Below, one piece after another: positions 20,018-28,700 of a stretch of DNA of 64,000 nt (its first letter is position 1; each line of letters begins with the position of its first letter). The position numbers and the translations under genes were made by a program. The notes beneath the pieces were generated by a model that saw nothing but the letters and a program-made list of their open reading frames with translations, was not told the origin of the DNA and did not search any database. Source of the DNA: an uncultured virus (IMG/VR IMGVR_UViG_3300011474_000007) (lineage: Duplodnaviria > Heunggongvirae > Uroviricota > Caudoviricetes); IMG/VR virus record IMGVR_UViG_3300011474_000007, positions 62,001 through 126,000 of that record. One strand, written 5' to 3'.

Positions 20018-20055
20018 GACTCTTAAATATTAAATTATTTAGGAGTTTTTATTTT
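20018..20055 (+). terminator. Intrinsic terminator after the GNAT gene
   Basis: ACTCTTAAATA...TATTTAGGAGT stem followed by T-run. Confidence 0.6.
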
Positions 20056-20266
20056 GCTTAAAATTAAGAAATAAAGATATATTCATAATGTCTTTTTATT
20101 TTATAAATTATAGTTACATATACATAATTATGTTAACTAAATTTAAAGTAAACTTTGAAAGGAGGATTTTTAAATGGGTTTAAGTATTTAAACCTTGTTT
20201 ATAGGGAGAAGCATAAGCACGTAATAATGTGGACAATGCCAAGGAAAGATTTCATATGAATTAATC
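20041..20266 (+). repeat. Degenerate duplicate of the tape-measure 5' region joined to an intron-3 5' remnant
   Basis: 20041-20204 resembles 20787-20941 (RBS and first codons, stop at codon 6); 20206-20266 resembles 24886-24966. Confidence 0.7.
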
Positions 20267-20282
20267 TCAATAATCATAAATA

Positions 20283-20750
20283 TTGTATGAAACTCCAATA
20301 TATGATAAAATTATACAAGAAAGACTATGGAATTGGAGGCATTTTTATGAAAAAAATAAGTTTTTAAAAGCGGTATTATTATGTTTAAGTATTATTTTTT
20401 GTTTAGGATTGTTTGTAGGGTGTGAATCCGCAGAAGAAGCAGGAATGAGACAATTTAAAGAAGAACAGGAGGAAGCTAAAAAACCTGAAAATAAGAAAAA
20501 GAGCATATATTATGGTGTTCAGAAAGAAGTTAAAAATAAATTAAAAGCACCATCTACCGCGGAATTTCCTATATATGATGAATCTTTTGTTGAACAGGTT
20601 GACGATACACATTATACGGTTAATTGTTATGTAGATGCTGAAAATGGTTTCGGTGCAAAACTTCGTTCTAACTATAGTTGTGATATAGAGTATGAATATG
20701 AAGATGATAGTTCTTATACTATAAAAAATCTTATAATAGATCAAAATTAA
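20283..20750 (+). CDS. Lipoprotein, paralog of the intron-3 cargo; natural start ATG 20347 is frameshifted by an A7 run
   Basis: Lipobox LFVGC; KLKAPSTAEFP...YVDAENGFGA; GGAGG RBS at 20335; A7 after ATG versus A8 in the paralog; the track's TTG start coincides with the -35 box. Confidence 0.65.
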   Translation: MYETPIYDKIIQERLWNWRHFYEKNKFLKAVLLCLSIIFCLGLFVGCESAEEAGMRQFKEEQEEAKKPENKKKSIYYGVQKEVKNKLKAPSTAEFPIYDESFVEQVDDTHYTVNCYVDAENGFGAKLRSNYSCDIEYEYEDDSSYTIKNLIIDQN

Positions 20751-20767
20751 AGAAAATATAGTGTAAA

Positions 20768-20803
20768 AGCTTCTAACAGAATAGTTAGGAGTTTTTTATT
20801 TTT
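20768..20803 (+). terminator. Intrinsic terminator after the lipoprotein gene
   Basis: GCTTCTAAC...GTTAGGAGT stem followed by T-run. Confidence 0.6.
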
Positions 20804-20912
20804 ACATAAAATTAATGTAAGAAAGGCATTTTTACAATGTCTTTTTTATTTTGTTTATTATAGGTTATATATATAAATTTAAAGTAAACTTTTTTGAAAG
20901 GAGGAATTTTAA

Positions 20913-22379
20913 ATGGCTTTAAGTATTCAAACCTCGTTTACACTGGAAGATTTTAATAGCTTAAATACTAAAGTCCAAAATCTTTTAAAACAAGTAAGTG
21001 AATCAAGTAAAATAAAACTAGATTTTTCAGATGGAATGTCATTAGATAAGATGCAACAACAAATAAATAAATTACAGCAGGAAATTATCAATGCTAGTAA
21101 ACAGTCAAGTAAAGCTGTTGCATCGTCATTTAGTAAAACAAATTCACAGTTTGAACAACAAATAAAAAATATAGAAAAATACTTAAAAACATTAGGCTCT
21201 AATGTAAATGTAAAAGCAATAACAAATGATTATGGTGGAATAACTGGTGCAATTGCTAAGTATAAAAATGAAGCAGGTAAGGTTATAGAAAAGAATTATG
21301 AATTAGGTGAGTCATTAAAAAAGGTTGATAAGGATGGAAAATACGTTCAGAAATTAAAACTAGTTAATGATTCAACTCTGAAAGATCAAGAGAAAATTAT
21401 ACAATTACTTGAAAAAGAAAGAAAAAAAATAGAGGAAGTTACAGGTGCTATAGCTAAATTAAAAACTCATAAAGATGGTAAAGGAATATTAAGAAGTGCA
21501 AGTATAAGTTATAGTGATGATGATAATAAAAAAATTCAGCAATTATATAAAATAAAAGATAATATTCAGGCTAAGGAAAATACTATAAATAAAGGTTTGT
21601 CTTTTGAAAGAACAGGAACTAATACTATAGATGATATAAAACAAAGTATAAAAACTTTGGAACAATATCAGAAAGCTATAGATAGACTCAACGAGAAGAA
21701 TATAAGTTTAGGTGATGGAAGTCAAAGTCAATTGTTTATTAAGAATCTTCAAGAGGCGCAAACATTAATAGATAGGACAAAATCTTCTGGTGAATCTATG
21801 AGCAGAAGTATCCAAAAGAATATTGATATTTTAATTAGAAAAATGAATCTGGAAAATAAGACAATTAAGCAAACAAGCGATGAAATGAAAAAGAAACAAA
21901 AAATAATGAAAGATGCTCCTGTAGCAATACAAAGCTATGAGAATAAAATAAACAAATTAAAAAATACATATGGAAAATTGGTTAAAGAAGCTAATTTGTC
22001 AAAGTTAAGGAAAGAAATGGCTAAGTTAGCTCATTCAAAAGATCCTGAAGAGTATTCTAGACAATTAAAAATCATAAAAAATGAATATGATAAATTAGAG
22101 AATTCTGTAAATGGTAGTAGTAAAAAAGGTAAGAATGGAATTTTATCGACTATTGGTGAAGCTATAACTAAAATACCTGTTTTGATAAGTGCAGCTGATG
22201 CTTGGATGGAAGCTATTAACAAGGTCAAAGAAGGGGTTAGTTTCATAGCTGATTTAGATAAAGCTCAGACCAATATCTCAATGATAACAGGTATGAATAA
22301 AAGCCAAGTTTCTGATTTAACTGATGAATATAGTAAACTAGCAGGGGAGTTACATACGACTACCAAAGAAATGATGGGT
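20913..22379 (+). CDS. Tail tape measure protein, exon 1
   Basis: AAGGAGG RBS; helical ORF entering a TP901-type core (LDKAQTNISMITG); ends in GGT at the predicted 5' splice site. Confidence 0.85.
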
Positions 22380-22691
22380 GAATAAAGCACTATCGCCCAT
22401 ATAAAACCTCGTGAACCTATAAATATAGGGTGTGCATTTAACATTAAGTTCAAATAGGAAATGATTTGTTAATAAATGTGCTAACAGGGAAAGAGAAATC
22501 TAATCCTGTGCGAAATTATATTTATTTTTAAATATATAATCGTCAAACGACTATCGAAACCATAGCTATAGTGTAAATAGGATTGCTATAGTGAGTAAGG
22601 AAGTAGAGTACATTTAAGGTGAAATTCCTTATTTGGAAGTGCGAGGGCTTAACCTAATAAGCATGATATAGTCTATTAATAATTATTAATG
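22380..22691 (+). ncRNA. Group I intron 1 (no ORF, 312 nt)
   Basis: P1 AUGGGU/GCCCAU with U-G at the splice site; P3 22407-22412/22641-22646; P7 GACUA (22549)/UAGUC (22669); P9 hairpin; terminal G 22691; P10 GCACU/GGUGC. Confidence 0.9.
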
Positions 22692-23077
22692 GGTGCAGAA
22701 GAATTCCTTAGAGCCGGTAGGAGCGTTGAAGAAACTAAAGGATTATTAAAAGCTTCAACTATAGGTGCAGCAATATCTGGACAAAGTAATGAGGCTGTAT
22801 CTGAACAATTAATTGCAATAACTAACGGTTTCAGTAACATGGTTGCAAAAGCACAGAAAGAAGGAAAAAGTTATGAGAGCGTTGTAATGCATGTTATAGA
22901 TACTATTTCAACATTAGATAATGCTTCTGCTACTTCATTCCAAGAAGTGGCAACTGCCATGATGAGAACATCATCTTCAGCACAAATGGCAGGAGTAAGC
23001 TTTGAGACTTTAGCGTCTTATGTAGCTACAGTTAGTGCTACAACAAGGCGGTCTAGCGAAAGCATTGGTGAATCCTT
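22692..23077 (+). CDS. Tail tape measure protein, exon 2
   Basis: GAEEFLRAG...VIDTISTLDN...SIGESF tape-measure core motifs; in frame after splicing. Confidence 0.85.
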
Positions 23078-23191
23078 TAATGGTGGAGGCTTAGTGGCAT
23101 AATACATAAACCACTATAGAAAATTTTCTCTAATATACGGCGAAACTCCAGAGATGGACAACGCCTTGGAAGACAATTAATATAAAATAAT

Positions 23192-23219
23192 TTGACAAAA
23201 TAAGAAAAAGTGTTAAAAT
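23192..23219 (+). promoter_or_regulatory. Internal promoter for the intron endonuclease
   Basis: TTGACA-16bp-TAAAAT with extended -10 TG. Confidence 0.6.
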
Positions 23220-23270
23220 AAAGATAGTTAATATAAAATAATTTAAAAAAGTAAGAAAGGCGGATCTATT

Positions 23271-24389
23271 GTGTATAAAATAAAAAAGGATAACCCCACA
23301 CAATTTAAGATATCATCTGATGAATCTTATTGGATAGGTATAACATCAAAAGGAGATGAGTTTTTCTTTAATGGAGATAATGATGTAATATCATATGTAA
23401 AATCTTGCAATTGGAGAAAAAGAAAAGATGGATATTTTCAAAACTATAAAGGAGAAAGGATAAATAGGGTTGTAGCTAAAGTTATTGATTCTTCTTATGT
23501 AGTAGACCATATAAATAACAATCCTTCAGACAATAGGGTTCAGAATCTAAGAGTAATAACGAGAGCGAAGAACACTAGAAATAAATCCACTAATAAAACA
23601 CATGGTATAGTAGGGTTATATAAAAAAGGTAATAAGTATTATGGAATATTAATGGTCGAAGGTATCAATATTTGTACAAAATTTAAAAATAAAAATGAAG
23701 CTTTAATAGATTTATTAATAGCACAAAAACATTTTGGATATTTGCATAATGAAAACTTATATTATTTAATAGAAAACATAGATAAAAAAACACAATGTAA
23801 AGTAATTGAATGTGTGGAAGAAAAATTAAAAAAATATAAGGCTAGAAAGCCAAAAAAAAATAAATATATTTTATCAGAGGACGGTAAATATTATGTAGTT
23901 TTATGTAATGAAATTGATAATAAAAATAGTTTTAAAATATCTGTAGAAGATAAAGAACTGGTTGAAGAATATTGTTGGAGTATGCATAAATTAAAAAATA
24001 ACAAATATTATATTCATCAATCAAAAGGAGGATGTTTTTATATTCATAGATATTTATATGGGTTGAGAGATGAAAAATATATGAATTATTATGTTGACCA
24101 TATAAATGGAGATAGTTTAGATAATAGAAGAGAGAACTTGATTATCACAGATAAAAAAGGCAATAATACAAATATAATAAGTAAAAAAGGGTATCATAAA
24201 ACAAAAAATGGAAAATATCGAGCTGCCATATCTATAGGAGAATATAATAATAGGTTGTCAAAGGTATGTGATATAGAAGAAGAAGCTAGAAAATGGTATC
24301 TTGATAAAAAACAAGAACAAATGAAAAAAAGAAAGACATGGAAAAGTAAAGAAGAATTAGATTTATATTTATTATCAAAAACAGGTTAG
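23271..24389 (+). CDS. HNH homing endonuclease with two HNH plus AP2-like units
   Basis: VDHINNNPSDNRVQNL and VDHINGDSLDNRRENL motifs, each followed by an AP2-like segment. Confidence 0.85.
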   Translation: MYKIKKDNPTQFKISSDESYWIGITSKGDEFFFNGDNDVISYVKSCNWRKRKDGYFQNYKGERINRVVAKVIDSSYVVDHINNNPSDNRVQNLRVITRAKNTRNKSTNKTHGIVGLYKKGNKYYGILMVEGINICTKFKNKNEALIDLLIAQKHFGYLHNENLYYLIENIDKKTQCKVIECVEEKLKKYKARKPKKNKYILSEDGKYYVVLCNEIDNKNSFKISVEDKELVEEYCWSMHKLKNNKYYIHQSKGGCFYIHRYLYGLRDEKYMNYYVDHINGDSLDNRRENLIITDKKGNNTNIISKKGYHKTKNGKYRAAISIGEYNNRLSKVCDIEEEARKWYLDKKQEQMKKRKTWKSKEELDLYLLSKTG

Positions 24390-24627
24390 TTTTAACACTT
24401 CTAATTTGTTTTTATTTGTTAATTGTCACCAACAACGACTTAACGAGAAAAGTTTATTTTTTATAAGATAAACATGTACAAGTCTAAACGTCACGCTATA
24501 ATCTAATAATGAAACGTGAGAATTTTGGTCGGTGTGAAATAATCACCTAAAGAAGTACCAAAATCGCTATAACAGAATAATTTGTTATAGTCAGTAGCTT
24601 GTTTTTGCAAGTGAAAGTAATAGTAAG

Positions 24628-24850
24628 CAAAACCATATTTGCTAGATTCCAAGATATAAAACAAGGTGTAGATGTCCAAGATGGAGGAAGCATATCTAAT
24701 GTTGAAGAATCGCTAAACAAAGTTGGAATAGCAATAAGAAAAGATAAGACTCATTTTAAGGAATTTTCACAAATTGTTGATGAACTTAAACCGAAATGGA
24801 AGGAATTGGATGATTTATCTAAAGCCGATATCTCTAAAAGTCTGGCAGGT
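24628..24850 (+). CDS. Tail tape measure protein, exon 3
   Basis: KTIFARFQD...VEESLNKVGI...IVDELKPKW...SLAG motifs; in frame after splicing. Confidence 0.85.
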
Positions 24851-25010
24851 AAAATATGTGCCTGAGTATACAGTAATGTATACCTGAGAAGCAAACCATA
24901 TCGGGGGAACCCTGACCATGTAATGATGAAGGCAATCCCGAGGAAAGATTTTATGTGAATTAATTTGATAAAATTATATATTTATAATTATATTTTAATA
25001 ATCATAAATA

Positions 25011-25039
25011 TTGTATAAAACTCCAAAATATGATAAAAT
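25011..25039 (+). promoter_or_regulatory. Promoter of the intron-borne lipoprotein gene
   Basis: TTGTAT-17bp-TAAAAT with extended -10 TG; conserved in the copy at 20283-20311. Confidence 0.6.
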
Positions 25040-25074
25040 CATAATAGCAAAGCTATGGAATTGGAGGCATTTTT

Positions 25075-25437
25075 ATGAAAAAAAATAAGTTTTTAAAAAC
25101 GGTATTATTATGTGTAAGTATTATTTTTTGTTTAGGAATTTTTGTTGGTTGTAGCGAATCAGAAGAAGATAAAGCTAGAGCATATAAGTTTGGCATTTAT
25201 AAAAATACAACAAAACTAATAGAAGGTAAGTTAAAATCTCCATCAACAGCTAAATTTCAAGAGTTCGATGAAAAGTTGGTTAAAGATTTAGGTGGAAATC
25301 AATATAAAGTTTCAGGATATGTCGATTCTGAGAACGGGTTTGGTGCAAATATTCGTTCTAATTGGCATTGTACTGTTACAATAGAAGGAGAAGGAGAAGA
25401 TAAAACAATTGAAAGTAATGATATAGTTATTGAATAA
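25075..25437 (+). CDS. Lipoprotein of unknown function encoded inside intron 3
   Basis: Signal peptide with lipobox IFVGC; KLKSPSTAKF...GYVDSENGFGA; GGAGG RBS. Confidence 0.8.
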   Translation: MKKNKFLKTVLLCVSIIFCLGIFVGCSESEEDKARAYKFGIYKNTTKLIEGKLKSPSTAKFQEFDEKLVKDLGGNQYKVSGYVDSENGFGANIRSNWHCTVTIEGEGEDKTIESNDIVIE

Positions 25438-25458
25438 AATATATAATATATACGTCTT

Positions 25459-25497
25459 AAACTCTTAACAAGTTAAAGTTAAGAGTTTTTATTTTTT
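25459..25497 (+). terminator. Intrinsic terminator inside intron 3
   Basis: AAACTCTTAAC...GTTAAGAGTTT stem followed by TTATTTTTT. Confidence 0.65.
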
Positions 25498-25708
25498 AAA
25501 AAATTAATTCATATAGAATATCCGTAACGACTAGTACGTTTGCCATCCTATATAAATAATAGGATGAACATAGAGTCTAAACTATATGGAAACATATAGA
25601 GAAGTGGTCGGTGTGAAATAATCACCTAAAGAAGTACCATTTCCGCTATAGCAAAATAATTTGTTATAGTCAGTAGCCTTGTTATTATAGGTGAAAGTAA
25701 TAGAGTTG

Positions 25709-28700
25709 ACAGATCAAAGGGAAAACTTTTTGGTTTTAATGAATAATTTAGAAACAACAAGTGATTTATTACAAAAAGTAAAAGAATCAGCAGGCAATTC
25801 TAAAATAAAATTTGATGATAATGCTAGTGAATCTCTTGATGCAAAAGTTAAAAATTTTAAACATGCTTGGGAAGAACTCTATAGGACTTTAATCTCTAGT
25901 GATGCTTTAAAAGCAATAGTAGCAACAGGAACAAAATTAATAGGTGTTCTAGATACAATTGTTAATTCAAGTAAAGGAGTTAAATTAAGCTTTTTAGTAT
26001 TACTTCCTATAATTTTACATATGGTTAAAAATTTTAAACTTTTGATGTTAACAATAATGTCAGGAGAAAAAATAAAATTAGTTGATGTGATTTTTGGAGA
26101 TTTATTTGGCAGAATGTCAAGTGGTATCACAATTGTAGATAGACTCAAAAGTTCATTTAAGGTTCTTAAGTTAGCACTATCTTCATTATTAACAACGCCA
26201 CAAGGTTTAATGTTTTTAGCTGTAGCAACAGCAATAGGTGTAGCAACAGCGGCAGTAATTAAACATGCAAACCATCAAAAGAAACTAAGAGAAGAGAATG
26301 ACAAACTAAAGCAAAGTTATGATGATTTGAAGGCTGCAATGTCATCAAATGACAAAGAAGGTATAAAAAATGCTTCAGAAAATCCACAAAAAGCACAAAG
26401 TGAACTCCAAGAATTGATAAAGAAAAGAGCAAAACTAAATAAGGAAATGGAAAGCGCACCTACTATGAGAGAGGGCGCAACTATACATATTAATTCACAA
26501 TTTAAAGAAACTGAACAAAGAATAAAAGAAATAACCAAAGCTCTCAAAGATAATGGTTACACAGTTGATGAAATCACTGGAAAGGTAAAAGAATTAACGG
26601 AAGCTAGTTTAAGAGCAACAAATCTTGATATGATAGATACTATTAAAGAAACAGGAGAGTCTGAAATAAAGAATAAAGATTCTATTGTGGAATTAGGAGA
26701 TGAATATTTTAGATTAGCTTCGATTCAAAATAAAAATAAAGAAGTAAACCAAAAGTTAACCGATGTCTCAAATGAGCTAAATGGTAAAGTGAAAGGGCTA
26801 ATTGTAACAAAGGATAAGGATGGAAATGTAACAGTTAAAAATACTGGTTTGTTAGCTAAGGAGATAGAAGTCCTTCAAACAGAGGGATTAACTGTAAATA
26901 AGCTAACTCAAATTAAGTTAGAAGCTGGAAAAAGTTCAGCAGAAGTTCAAATCGGTATGACAAAGGTTACTTACCAAGAAGCAAGAAGAAGAATGCAAAT
27001 ATTAGATGAAGAAGCAAAGACCTTAGAAAAAGTTAGTAATCTAACTGATCCAAATGGTACTATGGAAAAAATTACTGGAATGAAAAATCCATTTGGAAAA
27101 GCATATGATTTTAATAGAAGTGAAGCAGCAGAAATAAAAAGTCAAATTGAGGCTATAGATAAAATATATAATGAAGCAAAATCTTCACTTGATGACTTAC
27201 CAGACAAAAATTCTGTACCAAATTTTGCACCTAATCCTGATGAAACAAAGAAAAGTACAGAAGCTACAAAAGAAAACACAGGGGAGACAGACAAGAATAG
27301 AGAAGCCGTAAATAAAGCTAGAGAATCCATAAAACAATATGAATTAGCATTAAAATCACTAGAAATGCAAATGACAAAAAATAATATTGCACTAGGAAGA
27401 CTTTACGAACATAGTGATAGTTATATAAATAAACTAAAAGAAAAACAAAATTTAATTAAACAAGAAATTGCATTAAATAAACAACAAATAGCTACTAATG
27501 GAAAATTAGCTAATTCATTAGGCGCAGTAGGTGGAAGTTATGCAAGTGGTATGGGTAATAGTATTGGTGAACAAGTTGTAAGAAATGCACAACAATATTT
27601 AGGAAGACCATATAAATGGGGAGGAAGTAGCCCAGCTGAAAATTTTGACTGTTCTGGATTAGTTCAATATGTATATAAGCAAGTAGGAATTTCCTTGAAT
27701 AGGACTACATATGACCAAGTAAAACAAGGAACAGCTGTATCTAAAAATCAATTACAAGTAGGCGATGCTGTTTTCTTCGGTAGCCCATCAGCACCACATC
27801 ATGTAGGAATATATATGGGGAATGGAAAGTATATACATTCACCAAAAACAGGTGATGTTATAAAAGTTTCTAACTTAAATAGTAGAAGTGATTATGCTAC
27901 TGCCAGAAGGTATGCAAGTGGAGGAAGTAGTTATCGAACAACTTCATCTAATTATAGTGGAAAATATGCTAGTTATATAAATGACGCAGCTAGTAAATAT
28001 GGTGTATCTTCTGCTTTAATTGCAGCAATCATAAAAGCAGAATCAGATTTTAATCCTAATGCTCGTTCTAATGAAGGAGCTATGGGACTAATGCAACTTA
28101 TGCCAGTTAATGTAAGAGAATTTGGAGTAAGAAATCCTTATGACCCACAACAAAGTATTATGGGTGGAACACAAGAAATATCTAAATACTTAAAGAAATA
28201 TAATGGTAATTTAGATTTAGCTTTAGCCGCTTATAATGCAGGTATGGGTAGTGTAGCTAAAGCGGGTGGAGTCCCAAATTACACCAAGGATTATATATCC
28301 AAAGTTAAAAAGTACATGAAAGGCTATGGTGGAAGCGAATCCTCTATCCATTCAACAATAGATGAACAAATGGACTTAATTGGAAAGTCAATGGATTTAG
28401 AAAAGAAAAACCTTGAACTCCAAGAAGAATTAAACAAGATAAATATTCAAATTCTTGAAGCCAAATTGGGTCAATATGATGATAGAGTTAAATCCATTGA
28501 TAGAACGTTAACTCAATTAAGAACAGATGTTGATTTAGCAGGAAAGAATGATACAACATATATAAATTACTTGTTAAGAATAGATGAATATAGTAATAAG
28601 AAACTTAATACTTTGAAAGAAAAAAGAGCATTTTTAGAAAAAGAAATGAAATCTAATATTTATGACGCAAAAACTTTACAAATGATGCGAGAAAAGAATT

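Larger units (their letters stand above)
23078..24627 (+). ncRNA. Group I intron 2 (1550 nt) carrying a homing endonuclease gene
   Basis: P1 CCUU/GAGG with U-G; P3 UUUUCUC/GAGAAAA; P6 stem 23172-23218/24390-24427 encloses the ORF; P7 GACUU/AAGUC; terminal G 24627; splicing restores GESF-KTIFAR. Confidence 0.88.
24851..25708 (+). ncRNA. Group I intron 3 (858 nt) carrying a lipoprotein cassette
   Basis: P1 CAGGU/GCCUG; P3 GCAAAC/GUUUGC; P6 stem 24949-24966/25501-25518 encloses the ORF; P7 GACU (25529)/AGUC (25574); terminal G 25708; splicing restores SLAG-TDQRENF. Confidence 0.88.

Noticed and set aside
22689..25708. Track ORF starts at 22689, 24599 and 25691 as independent genes, or a pseudogenised tape measure gene
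   Set aside because: Starts lie within intron 3' ends; splicing restores one continuous frame
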